In this document: positions 23,483 to 37,945 of the stretch, piece by piece | Position numbering within the stretch: position 1 is the first letter of the stretch | Layout: each line of letters starts with the position of its first letter | Origin: Isurus oxyrinchus | Taxonomy: Eukaryota | DNA: 64,000 nucleotides | Assembly: GCA_026770705.1 (NCBI GenBank) | Contig: JANJGN010000005.1 | Span: 136,586,001-136,650,000 of the forward strand | Direction: 5' to 3' | Translations under genes and position numbers: made by a program | The notes under the pieces: model-generated | Told to the model about the DNA's origin: nothing | The model's input: only the letters and a program-made list of their open reading frames with translations | The model's database searches: none

Positions 23483-26144
23483 ATAACGATTTTTAAAAAC
23501 AGCTACAGATGTGGTTTTCCATAAATTGACAAAAATGATCATCTAGAGCAGCTTTTGCATGTAAGATGTTATTAGCAAGTTTAAAATAAACATTGTAATC
23601 TATAAAGCAGTGTTGCCATTCCCAAAAAAAAGTGTTAACTTTTCAGGAAAACACTCCTCCTGCCAGATGATTTAATCCTAGTCTAGAATCGCCCCAAAAA
23701 CTCAAATGTCATGCAATTTTTTTTTTTACAGTAGCTTAACATAAGCAATTGTTATAAGCAAAATTAATTTCTCTTGCAAAACCGCCAGTGCATTAGAACA
23801 GATAGGCTCTCTCCCTAGCCTCTCCACCACATCCTCTCCAAATCCCACTTTGGCAAGTTGTAAAATGGATTCAATAAATCTAGAAATCCACGGGCTAGCA
23901 ACTGAAAAATGACCAAGAAAGCTGCAAGGTTGTCAAGTAGTTACAGATGTCCTACAGGAAAGGGAACCTGCCATTTCTGCCTGATCTGGTTTAGTTAGAC
24001 TAGCCCATTCTGTGTGGTTGACTCTTTGAAGTTGCCTCACAAGCTGTTATTCAGAAAAAAGGGACTACAAAACACAACAGCAAAAACAAGTCTCTATTTA
24101 AAACCATCATGGGAGCACACTCATCACAGGGACTGAAATAGTTCCAGAAGACCACATTCTAACAGCAACTAGGATACAGGCAATAAATTTGTTTTTTTCC
24201 AACATCTCAAGAAAAATTTTTTAAAAAGCTCAGAACCAAACATAACAGAATCTAAGGTGCCAAAGAAAAAAAAAGCACAATCAAAATATTGAAAATATTA
24301 TATACATTATTCATATATAATAAATAGAATTGTTCAATTGTTGAGAGGGTGCTTAAATTGGCACGTTAGTATCTTACAGCATACATAGAAACATTACAAC
24401 CATGCAAATAAGAATGTTTATTTGTTCAGTCAAATGTATCTGTCACTCCATCCTAACATTGCCCTAACATATCATCCCCTTCCTGTCATATTGCATAGGA
24501 CCATAAGAAAATTATTCAAAAGCCATAATGACACCATAGAAGAGCTTCTGAAACGTGAAGAAAATATTAGAGCCTGATCTCCTGAGGCTCCATCGTTTAC
24601 ACCGAGCCTCACCATCACTGTGCGATGCTAGGAACATCACAACAGGCCAGATTTTGTCACCAGCACTTTTGGCGAGAGAACACTGCAGTATTGATAAACA
24701 GCAGTATAGTTTTCATTGAATAATTATATATCAAAATAAAAACAGAAAATACTGCAAATACACAGCAGGTTTGTTGAGGTATTCAACATTTATGAATAGA
24801 AAATACGATTTAGAATATTTGGATGTGCAGCCTTCACAGGTAGGTCAGTATTTGGATAAAGGATCACACATTTCATATGTGCCCCAGGTTCCACTTCATG
24901 TTCACCTCACCTATATAGAGTAGGTGCATCATTTATCCTCATTTTCCCTTAGTATCAGTGCCTCCTGGCATTTTTCCAAAGTATAAAATGCAACAATACA
25001 GGAATGGTAAGTAAGAAAACTACCTTTCTTCAAGCTCTTTTATGCAATAATTACCCATCTTTGTGAAGAAGCTGAAGCCGGAAGATAAATACTGACATTG
25101 CATCTGAATTATATTGTGGAATGCTACACGCATCAATGCTGAATTGGTAAATGTCCCCTGCAGATCACAGATTTCCAATTCAGTATTGACAGAAGCCACA
25201 TTTGCTCTTCAAAACAATTTCCTCGGAAAGGAGGAAAGAACTGTGGGAGCACACAATTTCATTCCTATGGCAGGCTTGCCAAGAATCCATTAGAGATTGC
25301 ACACATATGACCACTCCACCTCCATCGTTGTGAAAGGGCATTGAAATGCAGCATCAATGTTTTTGGTAGCATTACTGGCTGAAAATACCATTTTGAATAC
25401 TTTGGTGCTGCATTGCAAGCTGCAGCTGTACTCGATAATAAACATACCATCTTTAGTGCAACAAAGCGCTGGAGAAAGGGGAAAAGATTATCTCTAAGCT
25501 TTTTCTACCCAAATCTGCAGCAAGCTCACTCTATACATTTATCTGATACTTGTTTCACCTCAGTAGTACTAATGTAGCAAAAGTGGGGTCATTTAGCAAT
25601 ACATACAAACCTCAACCTCATTTGCACCCTGTGCTACAGATTCTTCAGCTTACTAACCAAGGGGTTTGTAGCTATCCAACCCTTAAGAGAGGTATGCACG
25701 GCGTTAGCCACTTTTCATTAAATTAATTCTATTTTTAGAACTCCGACTCATCTAAAACTCAACTGCTTGTATTTTGGCCCACTTTTCAAATATCCTTGTT
25801 CTCAGTGATTGGACGGCCATGAGCCAGTGCCAATGAACTTAATTTAAAACTTTTGCCTCAACTTCAATAACTTTCACATGCTCACATTCCTCCTGCAACC
25901 TTCTCCAGCCTTATATTTGCCATCTGCACCCTTCAGTCAGCCAACTTGCACCTTTTCTACATCATTGTTTACAGTAATATTATGCACTTATTTAAAATTG
26001 CATGTATACAGTCGGGCTTCCTAGAAACATCTATGTCAATTTGTTTAGTTGGATTGATGGATTGAAAAACTGTCCTCAGTATGACATAGAAGTGACAATG
26101 GAATAATATTAGAGATACAGTCTGCAGTTTGATTACACTACAGG

Positions 26145-26309
26145 CAATGTTCCTGTTAAACTATGTTCACACAGCGGTATGGGAAGTACTGCACAAGCCT
26201 TATTCCCTGTTAAATACCACAAGTGGTGTGGTCACTACAAAAACATTTAAAGCTGCCTTGCATTGAGAAAGCAGACTACACGCACAATGCAATTTTAATT
26301 GGAACATTG
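26145..26309. mobile_element. hAT-type MITE
   Basis: TIRs CAATGTTCCTGTTAAA / TTTAATTGGAACATTG (14/16); 8-bp flanks ACTACAGG / ATTGCAGG (6/8). Confidence 0.6.
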
Positions 26310-26519
26310 ATTGCAGGTTAGCAGAGTTTAAACTTAAAATAAGATTTTGTATTTATTTTATGATTCTGGGAAAATGACACATAAACTTAGGCACAAACTC
26401 TATGTGCTAACATCACTTCTTTTTAATCGCATGGTGCTTGCTGCCTTCCTCAAGAAAAACAGATAGCGTCCAAAAATCAGCTCTTATTCATTTTGGTAGC
26501 CTCCAAGTTAGAGCTACGA

Positions 26520-26860
26520 GCTAAGGTCAACACACCAGTGAAGCACTGAAGGAATAGTGCTTTGTAGAAAATGCCAACCTTCATTGAGAAATTAAGCTGA
26601 AGTCCTATTGGCCTGCTCCAGATCTTTAGATGAATGTTCACTGCACAACTGGAAAAAGATCAGGAAGTTCTCCTAACATCCAGGCCAACACTGTCATCTT
26701 AAACTACACAGCTAAAAACAGATCAACAGGTCATTTAACTCCTTGGTACTTGTGGCAACTTATTGTGCACAAAATGGCCTGTATAACAGTAACTTCACAA
26801 TAATTGTATTTGAAACACTTCAAGATGCTTTTGAGTGACATTTTAAGATGTTAAATAAGT
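26520..26860 (+). mobile_element. Degraded DeuSINE (SacSINE1-like)
   Basis: Colinear with the 43220-43650 copy. Confidence 0.55.
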
Positions 26861-28329
26861 ATTTTTCTCCCAATTCCTCAATGTAAATGTGTCTAAAGTT
26901 TTTTTCCCCCAAAGGGGCACACATTAAAAGCAACTAAGCTCCTTTAAAGTATTAAAGAAAGACTGTTGTGAAAGACTTCCTGAGGTGTTAGCTTATTTAA
27001 ATTGAATTGAAATTTTTAAAAAATGTTATCTACTGGATACAGCTATGCTAATATAAATATTCCAAGGTTCTTATACTCACTGTATCACCCAGTAAAACAA
27101 TACTAACTTTCCATCCGAATTATATTGTACAATACTACAGCTAGCCTAATAACATAACACAACCTAAGACTTCATGTGATCACCAGAGACCCTACTGGTT
27201 AAAGAAAATGAAGAACAATCAATGGAATACTGAAAGTGGGAAGAAATAGCTGAAGAACTATAAGCCCACACAAGAGTAACACATTCTAAGTAGCATTACA
27301 AAGGCAATAACACATCTTGGGATTGAGATGACATTGATAAGCTATTCAAGTTTTGCTCTTAGTTGATCCTATCAGTTCAGCCCCTCATTGCATTGCTAGG
27401 GCATGCTACAATGTCAAATGTGTGTTATCCCACATAAGCAGTCACTTGGAGAAGTAATAGCGATATGTCTATTGCTTTACTACAGAGACAAATATCACAA
27501 AACAGTTTCAAATCAATTTGCTTTGCCTACAAAAAATATTTTTTAAAGACTCATTAGAATGGATTGCTTTTAGCTTAAAACCCTCTAGAAGCTTATTAAT
27601 TGAACACAACTACTTTAATCACAAGTTGATCAGTCAACTTAATGCAAAATGTTTCATACCACTAGCCTCTGGTATTTAAGAGGGCGCCACCCATTTTCTA
27701 GTTTTGGAGCTTTCAAGGTGAACTATCGTCCCTCAATTATAACACATTACATATTCACAGTCACTTCTGTATTTATCTGATTATTTCTCAATTATGACCC
27801 TTAAATGTAATCAATGTTTATAATGATGTACCAGATAATTGCTTGATCATCTCTTGTGACACTGTTCATAAGTTATATGAAGATTAGTCAGTGACTTGGA
27901 GGAGTTCAAAAGATAGACTCGCAACAGTAGAGAACTGTCATTTCTCATGATTGCCTGAGGCAGTTGTGGAAGGATAGAACATTCATATATTAATGCTACA
28001 TCACCACTCCTTTTGCCATTCAGGCCTGGTCTAAGTTTCAACAACAGTGTGCAGATAATGGTCCTGGCCACTTTGCTTTTGGTTTTGTAATCCAACTGGT
28101 CTAATAGCATTGAAAAATGAACTGCACATTTATAAACATATATTTGTTATTATAGAGATAGGTTCTGAAAACAGTTGCAGAAACTGTAGAAGAAATCTCA
28201 ATTGGAAAATAATTTGGTTTTGGTTGAGGGGGGAATTAAGGTATGTGTAAATTATTTTAAGGCAATATGCAGTGTCTAAGAAAAATAATTGTACTTGTAT
28301 TATAATATTACTACATCATGATCAAGGAT

Positions 28330-28900
28330 ATTTGCAATTCTATCCCACTTTTAATGTGAACACCCCAAGATGCTTTGCAGGGATGAAACAAATGGGGAGA
28401 AGTAGAAGAGCTGTTGGGGAGGTAACTCAAGTCATTGTCAAAGAAAGACTTTATGACAAAGGGTGGTAGAAAGGCAAACAGGTTTGGGAGAGCGTTCCAG
28501 GCAGCGGAGATAAGGCAGCTGATCTTCTCTCACAGATGATGACGTCTAGAGAGGGGGAAGGGGAGATATATTGGACATCAATACCAGAAAACTAGCCTGC
28601 TTAGAATGAGACATAGGCCTGGAGGAGCTTACAGAGATAGGGACAAGTCAATGGAGAGATTTTAAATAAAGGGGGGTGTGCTTGAATTCAACATATTGAG
28701 GGTTAGGAAACAGTGGTGGTCAGCAACAATGGGAAACAGGAGAATGAGATGGAGACAGCAAAGTTTTAGATGATCTTGGACCTTATAAAGAATAGATTTT
28801 GGAAAATTCACAGGAAGAACATGGAGAAATTGAGCCTGGCAGTCTTAATAGCCTAGGCAGGAGTTAAGTAGCAATGGAAACTGTGTTAAGGACAGAGACA
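28330..28900 (-). mobile_element. Old L2-like LINE fragment
   Basis: ttgcaattctatcccacttt...ggtttgggagagcgttccagg; purine-rich L2 antisense pattern. Confidence 0.5.
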
Positions 28901-31900
28901 GATGAAATTAACAAGCTTCTGCAATTTAAAAAAATTGAATAGGGATTTGTATAAAATGCAAAACGACAATTATAAATACAGTTTTAAAAAGTCAACAATA
29001 TAACATGACAAATCAGTTTGAAGAAACTCCTCGCCTATTAGACATCTCTAATTTGTATTGTATATAGCAACATGCAGCCAAAGAAAATATGCCACATCAG
29101 CAGATTTTATGCTGCTAACTACACAAGTCCAACTATAGACAACACAACAGCAGTAGAGATTTCAGTAACTAAGATATAGTTATACATTTACACAACTAAA
29201 ATATGCACCTGATTTCTTGAACATCGTGTGTTAGCTGCTGTGGTCATCAAGTATAACTTGAAGTTTTAAAGGGTGTCAACTCAGTTCACATTCAGTGTTG
29301 ACCTCAGTTTTACTTACACGTCCCCAGTTAGTACATTGTGGGAATGACCCAGCAACATTAAAGTGGTACTAGGCATTGAATAAATTAGCTTACTCTAGGA
29401 GCTATTTTTTTTTCAGTGCCTGGTGACCCGATCACTCTCTGCTGTAAGATTAAAACAATAACTCAATGCAACAAATCAGAAAATGGTCTGCATCGTGATA
29501 ACAACTCTGAATGATTTTCAAACGTGATATCAACAACCAAAGAATTCACACCAGCATTCTTTCCTTCTTCAGATAGACTTCAACTCACCCCACACCTGGG
29601 AGGTACGTGAGGTAATAGGTCTTTCATAGCAGAACAGGTTACAAGCATATTGTTTGTACAACTGGTAGATTCTGTTCTGATTTGGAAGCATGCCACATTG
29701 ATTGTGAATACCAGAGCATTTTTTGGTTCAAACAGAACTGCAATATATGCACAAATATTTCATCTTCAATATTTGGAATGGTGTGTCAAATATTCAGGCT
29801 ATACAGAATAGTCCTTCAAATGTCACCTAATGCAATTAAAACCTGACTGCAACTATTTGAAAAACATTGACAATTTGTGTGTCCACTTCTGATCTGAATA
29901 TCCAAAATTATTCCGACATAGAAAAAGAAAGAAAACGTATCCCTGCAAGAAAAAAGGCCTTCAGGAGAAGGGAAAAGAACAAAAGACGACAAAGAAGAGA
30001 GAAGCAAACAGAAAGAGAGAGAAAAAAAGGAGTGAAGAAACTAGGTGAAGAGGGGAACTTAACTGAGAAGCAAGTGGGCAATTGTAGGAAAGTGCTGAAT
30101 AGTTGATCGGGTACAATTCTGTCAGTGGTTTTCAAAGTTTAGCAGTGCTGTTTTCAAGCACAACTTATTTTTTTTAAAAAGCACAAATCAAGAGAGAGTT
30201 GTGATGTCATGGAATCCATTACCAAAGTTAGGGACTGAAGATGAACTGTGGCAAAAACCCCGTTTACTTGTATAAAAGGGCTTTCTACTGAACCTCCAGT
30301 AATGTTAAGGCAGGAGAGCAGGAGGAGCACTGGGCCATGTCAGCATGGTAACTAGGTGGTTGGGGGAAATGGGAATAAGGAGAATAGGCGAACAGAGTAG
30401 GCACATGGGATTAGGACTATCGCTCATGTAAAGGAGAAGAATCAATATTGACTCTGAGCCTAGCATCCTATCTCTATACTGTCGTTATTATGTCATTTTG
30501 ACTAGGGCTACAAGTTACAAGGGTTACAAACTCTGACAATGTTCTTTTAGCAAAATTCTGAAACTAAAATCCAGTTACATTGCAAATTTGGCATTTGTAC
30601 TGTAACAGACTTAAATGTTCAGTACAAACATGCAGTTTCGCTGACGATTTCTAAGCAATTAACAGTCTGGCATCAAATGAAAAAAAGCATCTAGCAGAGT
30701 CTTGCACTGGTAGTGTTGTGTGTCAGCTCCAGTGTGATTTTCTAAAAACTCAGGAGTCTGCAGGAGCACCTTTACATTTCTAAGAGCAGAGAAACCCAAT
30801 TATACTGTTGAACCTTTTCCAACTTCAGAAGTTTGATGACGAGTTGGAACCCGGTGAACTTGTGTTCAAATACTCCACCTTCCTCCAAGTAAGGAGCAAC
30901 GCACGCAGGCAACATAACAGCTGCTCGCTTGCACCACTGTCAATAAATGCTCCAGATACCACGGTTAAAGCTGTGGCATTAGTGAATTTAGGCAGCATGG
31001 TGGGGAGAGTTGGGGGGGGGGGGGGGGTGCTGTTGGGTTGTGAAAGAGTAACGTGGTGCTTGTTTTTCCCCATTTCATCTAGATAGCAATAGTGTCATTA
31101 ACAACTGTATAGTTCAAAACCAAACAGCTGTGTTCATAACACACCTGGCCCAGCTCAATTACATGAATTAATGCAGAGAATTCTCAAAGGGCACCTCAGA
31201 GTTACTTGTCAATGTTCAATCATCTCCAGTTCTCTGGTTGCCACTTCCCAGCAGTTGTTTTTTTAATTTATTATTGATGTTGTGTCATAATCAGACGGTA
31301 GTCATCAATTCAAGGTATAAATTATGCTGTATAATTTCATCAATTCAACAGTTTTGCTAACACGCTGAAGACCATTCTTGATCGCATTTTCTTTATTCAG
31401 TACTGGGCCAGGTACAGGCACTATCTGGGTTCCTCAAAATTAAATGCAAGTATTCAACTACACACAGAAAACGGTAAATCTTCCAGTACTTTCCAATAAT
31501 GACACTCAGATACGCACACTGTGCAAAGAACAGTGGCTTTCAATATTAACTCATCAGAATTTTTAAATAGCATTTGAAAACAAAAGGAATAAAAACATTC
31601 TTTCCAACAAGCCTGCTCTTATACTAAATGTAGCAAACAAGGTTACATATTCTTTCTCCTAAATGGTTGCAGTCTCGCCAGGTGTGCCTCATTTTCTCAC
31701 ACCCCAAGTCATTTTCGAATTCACTAATGAGTTCTCCTCACAGTTCTAATAATTATTCACTAATGGCCCAGCATAACAGCCTTAAGATCAACCAAATAAA
31801 ATCTCTTGGGATATATCCAATTACTTGTGTAGTATTCCATACAATTACACCACATATGAAATTTGTGCACATGCTTTGGCTTCATAGCCAATTTAGCATC

Positions 31901-33284
31901 TAACAGATACTTAAAAATCATCTCACAGCTGTCTGTAAGACAGATAATAGAGCTTAAATTTATTTTTAGATCTTAAGTCCTCATCCTATATGTCAAGTTA
32001 CTCAAAGGGAAGTCCAACAAAATGTGCAAACATTATAGATTGTGAATAAATCATTGCAGAGCTCTACAAGTTACTATCATTAGCAGGAGCATTCAACTCT
32101 GTAAACGATTCTCTTCTTAACCAATTCATTTAGGGTGTCCAAGTACTTATGAATTCAGATATACTTAGAGAGCTCATGAATACTGAAACACTAAATGAGT
32201 TGCCACACATTTCAGCCACTTGGTGCAATTCATTTACTCCAGTTACACGATTTTCACTTTTAACTATGTCGTTCAAGAACGATACAAGTATTTTTAGAGA
32301 AAAATATATATTATAAGACTAATGATCCTTTGATTTTCACTGGGGACCAAGAAATCACATGTACAAAGTGCTCAAGAAACAATCAACTAATCACTAACTA
32401 GCCTGTTGTGTGTCTGTTGTGTTCACATGCTTTTAGGAGTCCTAGGATCATTGGTGGTGGCAGCATATTAACCCCTGAGGCTAAACGTGTCAATTGAACT
32501 AGTAAGTAACCAGTTACTCAAGAGTTGAGTCAGGATTTCACCTACTTCTGGCTGGGTTATCACAATCTTTCCTTGCTCCACTAAGTTATTTCATCCTTAC
32601 CTACTCCAGAGTAGTGATGCCAATGAACAATGCTTCAGAAATTCCTATAACATGAGAATGTTATGCCTCGTCACTGAAAACTGCTTTGTTCCCCAGCTTC
32701 AAGCAAGTTCTGCCTTGATACATCAAGCCTGTTGTGTGTAATTACACAACCAAATCTATAAATGAGTCCCAGCATATGTTTTCATTTAGTTAGCAGCTAT
32801 ACTAAAGCAGTAACTTAATACAAAAATTCCCTCATAATGCATGAAAATATGCTTTAGAAAAATCCATCCAGTCCTGAAATTTCTAGCTGAGTTAGTATGA
32901 CAGGATTTTCCAAATTATTCCCATTAAAATCATGGTTACTATTTTTATACTAATCTGGTTACAAAATGTCCTCAACTCAAATCATTATGAATGATGCGGC
33001 TACACACAAACATGCCTTACATTTACAGGCCATTTCAGATAGCAACAATGGGAAAAATGGAATTATGAAAGTTGAGTGTTTAGGCACTGATTGGGTAACA
33101 GCTGCACCATGACAATTTCCAGGGAGGGAATAGATTACAGGCTTCAATCCTCTCATTTCCATGTAAAAAAAAAGCTTGCAATTTACAATAAAACTAAAAT
33201 TTGATAAAACTTATAAACCTTTAATCTATGTGCTATCATAAATCTCCCAACCTCTTTGTAAATCCACATTGGAATTTTCTCACA

Positions 33285-33340
33285 TGTCGGTGCAGACTCA
33301 AAGGGCCGAAGGGCCTCTTCTGCACTGTGTGATTCTGTAA
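33285..33340 (+). mobile_element. HE1 SINE/HER1 LINE-like 3' tail
   Basis: gtcggtgcagactcaaagggccgaagggcctcttctgcactgtgtgattct. Confidence 0.6.
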
Positions 33341-34284
33341 TGCCCATCCATGGGCTCCATCGGAATCCTTTCTTAAACAAAATTTTTGTACTTTTGATTG
33401 TTAAAGGTGTAAAACAGGCAGTTTTCAGAAGTGGGTTTTTGCTAAGTGAAGTTTTTCTGACATTAAAAGCAGCATACATTGCTCCAAACCTAATTAGAAA
33501 CAAAAATGTCCAAAATGGAAACCATTTCATTTGCCACTCAAGATGCTAAGAAACAGGTAAATTAATTGAATTGTCCCTTGCCAAAGTCTACATTTAAAAG
33601 AAAGTGGAATGGACAATTAAAGTATTCATACATTAATGATTAAAAATAGCCAATATACTAGGGATTTAACAGCTTTGAGTATAAACCGTAGGGAAATCCT
33701 CTGATCACAGGACTCTTTTATCCATATGAGTGGTTCTTTGGTATTAGTATTTTTAATAAGATTTGTTAATGCTAAACCCTTTTCTAAACACACCAGACTC
33801 TGACTGGAACTGTTTCTAACTGGATCAAATTTGCTTTAAATCAACCACATGTCTCAATTAGACATTGTGGTGATACTGCTAATATCAAACAATTTGTCAT
33901 TCTTTTAAATCCAAAGTAATGTGTAGTGTAGCTAATCAGGGTTGGAATTGGAGGAGGCTGAGCTGAAGTTGCACATATCCCTCCCATCCCCAGCAGCCTC
34001 GCCACAACTCCTTAAATTGACCAGCAAGGGGACATGAGGTTGACCCATTGTCATGAACTCAAACAAAAATAACCGAACAAAACTGTCCCTTTATTAGAAG
34101 AGCATGAACAATGAGTAGCCAAATTATATAAAAAGGAAACTTAAATTAAATCATACTTTCTATATGGACTATGCATTCCAGTCCTTCTAATGACCACACA
34201 GAAGCCCTCAAACACACTGGCAGATGTCAAATGCTTCTTCTCCAGCACCACCTAACTTTATCTCTCAAGTAGCTCCAGTAACAA

Positions 34285-34585
34285 GGTAAGAAATTGAAGG
34301 AGGAATGAGCCATATGGCCCTCGATCATTCAATAAGATCATGGCTGAACTTCAACATATTTTTCTGCCCTAGCCACTAGGTTGGTGTTCAAAAATCTATC
34401 CAACTTAGTCTTGAATTTACACAACAACTGAGCATCCACAGCCTCTGAGGTAGAGAATTCCAGAATCACAATGCTCTGAGTGAAGAAATTTCTCCTTGTC
34501 TCAGTCTTCAATGGTTGACCCCTTATCATGAGACTACGACATCCAGTTGTGGACACCCTAGCTACAGAAAACAGCCTCGCAGCAT
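34285..34585 (-). mobile_element. CR1-type LINE 3' fragment
   Basis: Minus ORF: LMIRGQPLKTETRRNFFTQSIV...FKTKLDRFL. Confidence 0.8.
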
Positions 34586-36544
34586 CACGAGACATGATTA
34601 GTTTACCATTTCAGAAGGGCCAAAGGCAAGATGGAAGGAGGTAGGCCGGGAAATAATTCCCACTTTTTAAATATATGAATGAAACGCACATTTTACAAAA
34701 AGAATTACACTCACAGTGTATAAAATTCAATTTTATTCAAACACGCCTTGTGGTCCTGTCGATAAATGCAACACAGGGAGTGTGCAGGTACGGAAGACTC
34801 CATGGAAGTCTCAACTACAGCTCCCTAATCTGTGCAGAATTCTCTCGTCTTAGCCAGGGCAATTGTGACATACCACAATTAGCCTCAACTTCCCCAGGTT
34901 AGGAAGGAGAAAAGTGCATCATCTAGAGTTCTCTCCGCTGACTGATGTTCAGAGACTACTGCTAGAAAGTAAATGTTGTAGGCTTCAAGGAATCAACTGT
35001 GATGATCTTCTCTCCACCTCCTTCCAGCTTGAAAAAGACAATGACACTGCCAAAACTAATTCGAATTTAAATGGCCTTCTTAACATTTTTTTAAAAATCT
35101 CAAGCATATTTTAAACGGACATGCAGCTGGGAAAGGCAAGACCAGAAGTTTGGTTGAAGAGGTGAAGTCATTCAAAAAAAAAGGGGGGGGGGGTGGGTGG
35201 GCTGAGATAGACAAGCAGAGGGATTTAAGGAAAGAATTCCAAAGAATTGGAATTCCTTGGAAACTATGGACAGGATATTCTTGAGGGAAGGAGACATATT
35301 AGGTCCTTTCTGAATCTATCCACAAGATTCTGTTGTTTATCTTTAAATCCCAGAACTAGGCCACCTTCTATTTCCTGGCAGTTTTGTTCACTACAAGCAT
35401 GTCCCCAACACTTATATTACTGCTATAAATCACTGCTTTTTGTCACTTTCTCTTGCATTTTGGGGAAACTTCAGGTAAGACAGAAGTAGGTCCTACAGGT
35501 TTCTCTGGAGGCAATCAAATAGCTATTGAGTGACGTGGCTGCATTGGTCAGTCATTCAGACTCCACTTGGACTCTGTTCAGACCCAACACCTCCACTCCT
35601 TTCCATTTCATGAGAGCAAGTGAGAGCTTCTATTCGGATACTGTTTTCAGCATTGTACAAACTCAACAGGCTTTCTATAGTGTAGGCAAGGGCATAAGGC
35701 TATTTTGTGACTTGAAAATAAATTATTTGCAGTTTGAAATTGTGAAGTTAAATTGCTTTCACAATTAAAATTAAGTGCAAGTTTAGACTGCCGGAGTCTT
35801 TCCATCATATTTTGAAGGACACCAAGACAAGAGCAAATTTAAGACAGCTAGATTGTCTCCCTCCCCATCAAAATGCTTTTAGTCAAAATTCATTTGATTC
35901 ACATCCACTTTCCATTTATTGTTAATCACTGTGTTCATAGCTATTTGCTTTGAAGCAAAGTAATCTGTAAAATACAGTACATTATTATAAAAAACAAACA
36001 ACAAAGGGAACTGTTTAAAACCACATAAGGAAAATCCTATAGCCATAACCATATGTGTTATTGAAGTAAGATGTCACAACAGCTTATTAAAACATTGAGG
36101 TTTTTTGTTGAATGCCTAAGGAACGTTAATGGATAATAACAGAGCCAGCTATAGGACAGAAGTGGTCCAAGGCCACCTTAGATCATGGATAACAGTGGTC
36201 AACAGCTCAAAAAAAAAACCATTTGTTCTGATCAGAAGTTGAGAAAGAAGAAAATGAAAAAAATCTGTATATGCATAGAACATGCTCTTATGAAACTTGT
36301 TTGTAAATGGTGCAGCCTGTATACAATGACCTCTGATATAAGACACATGGCAGGCAAACAGCTCCCTCACTAATAGAGAAGTAATATTAAACAACAAGCC
36401 TGCACTATAGCATACTCTTGACAACACCACTGCAGTGGCTCCACTTTTTTTGCATTTCTCCCTTTCTTCCTGAAAGCTATCCAAAATCCTAGAAAGACTG
36501 GTGACCCCAGAAAGTTAGCCTGAGGTTGAGCTGATTCAGAAAAA

Positions 36545-36845
36545 CTGGATGTGGACGTTGCTGGTTGGCCAGTGTTTATTGCCCATCCCTAATTGCCCTT
36601 CTTCATAGGGGATTTAAGAGTCAACCACATTGCTGTGGGTTCTGGAGTCACATGTAGGCCAGGCCAGATAAGGACAGCAGATTTCCTTCCCTAAAGGACA
36701 TTGGTGAACCAGATGGGTTTTTATGACAATCAGTAATGGCTTCGTGGTCATCATCAGACTTTTAACTGCAGATCTTTATTGAATTCAAATTTCACCATCT
36801 GCCATGGTGGGATTCAAACCCCAGTCCCCAGAACATTACCCTGCT
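36545..36845 (-). mobile_element. tRNA-derived shark SINE
   Basis: Reverse complement of the 44150-44450 copy; B-box-like ggtttgaatccc on the minus strand. Confidence 0.75.
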
Positions 36846-37829
36846 TTCAAAGAAAAAACTGGAGAGAAAACAAATCGGAACATGCTGAAGTTAATTATGT
36901 GCTTCAGAAAAAAAAAGCTTCATTTAAAACAAAAGCAGAGAAACTGCTCCAATAAAAAAACTCTAAACTTCACACATTTTAAATTGTTTTGGCAGCTCTA
37001 GCTGCAGAGTTTTCGACTCTAATTCAAATCCCAGGTTTCATTTTGTCTTGTATATTAGGTGACATAATAGTGAGGTCCAGCAAGAAAGAGCAATAATGAG
37101 CAGACATCTCATGAACTTGCTTGTACTGCTAACTTCAAACAACCCTAATTCATCAGTACTTTGGACTTTGTGACTCTTCCTACCTCTCAGCTGGTCTTTT
37201 CCAATGTGCTTCATTGCAGCAGTTAGCTCCATTATGTGGGAGAAAAAAAATTGTATAGTCAACCTACTGAGGTACAACATCTCCCTCACTGAAAGGAATG
37301 GGGCAAAATGATTTAGAAGGAAAACAAAAATTGTATAATTTTGCAAAATAAAGCTGGAGTGAAATTTAAGGATAGAAGGGTTCTGATAATACTTAGAAGC
37401 ACTCAAATATTTTGGTACATATTATCTGATCCTTTTTACATTTGTGCCTCAGTATAATATAGGTTCCTCTATTCTGGATTTCAGATTGACTTCTTCAAGA
37501 CTTCCATTATCATAAATACTGGGCAGAAGTGTTGTTTTAGTTGCAAATGTTATTTTGTGTAGTTTTAAATTATGCCATAGAATATTTAAGTTCACCTTTA
37601 CATAAACTTCATCTGATGCGCTGCTCCATTCATCAACAGTAATCAGGCAGGTAACGGCTGGACACAACAACAGTATCACAAAATGGCACTACAACTGAGC
37701 TACATCCTTCTTCCTCCTTTTCCAATGTTAAAAAAGGTTTTAACATCTTAAAATTGTAAGAAAAACTTTACAATTATCACTGTGCTGAACAATATTTATC
37801 ACAACCATCATCACTCAGGAACAAATTAT

Positions 37830-37945
37830 TTGCTTATGATCACATTGCTGTGTGGTCGCATTTCTTACATAACGAGAGTGACTACACTTCAAAAAGTGCT
37901 TCATTTGACTGTAAATCTCTGGGACATCCTGAGGTCGTGAAAGCA
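37830..37945 (+). mobile_element. DeuSINE 3' fragment
   Basis: gtgactacacttcaaaaagtgcttcatttgactgtaaa...gggacatcctgaggtcgtgaaa. Confidence 0.65.

Noticed and set aside
29867-30135. Lys/Arg-rich ORF and its Phe/Leu-rich antisense
   Set aside because: Product of an A/G low-complexity tract.
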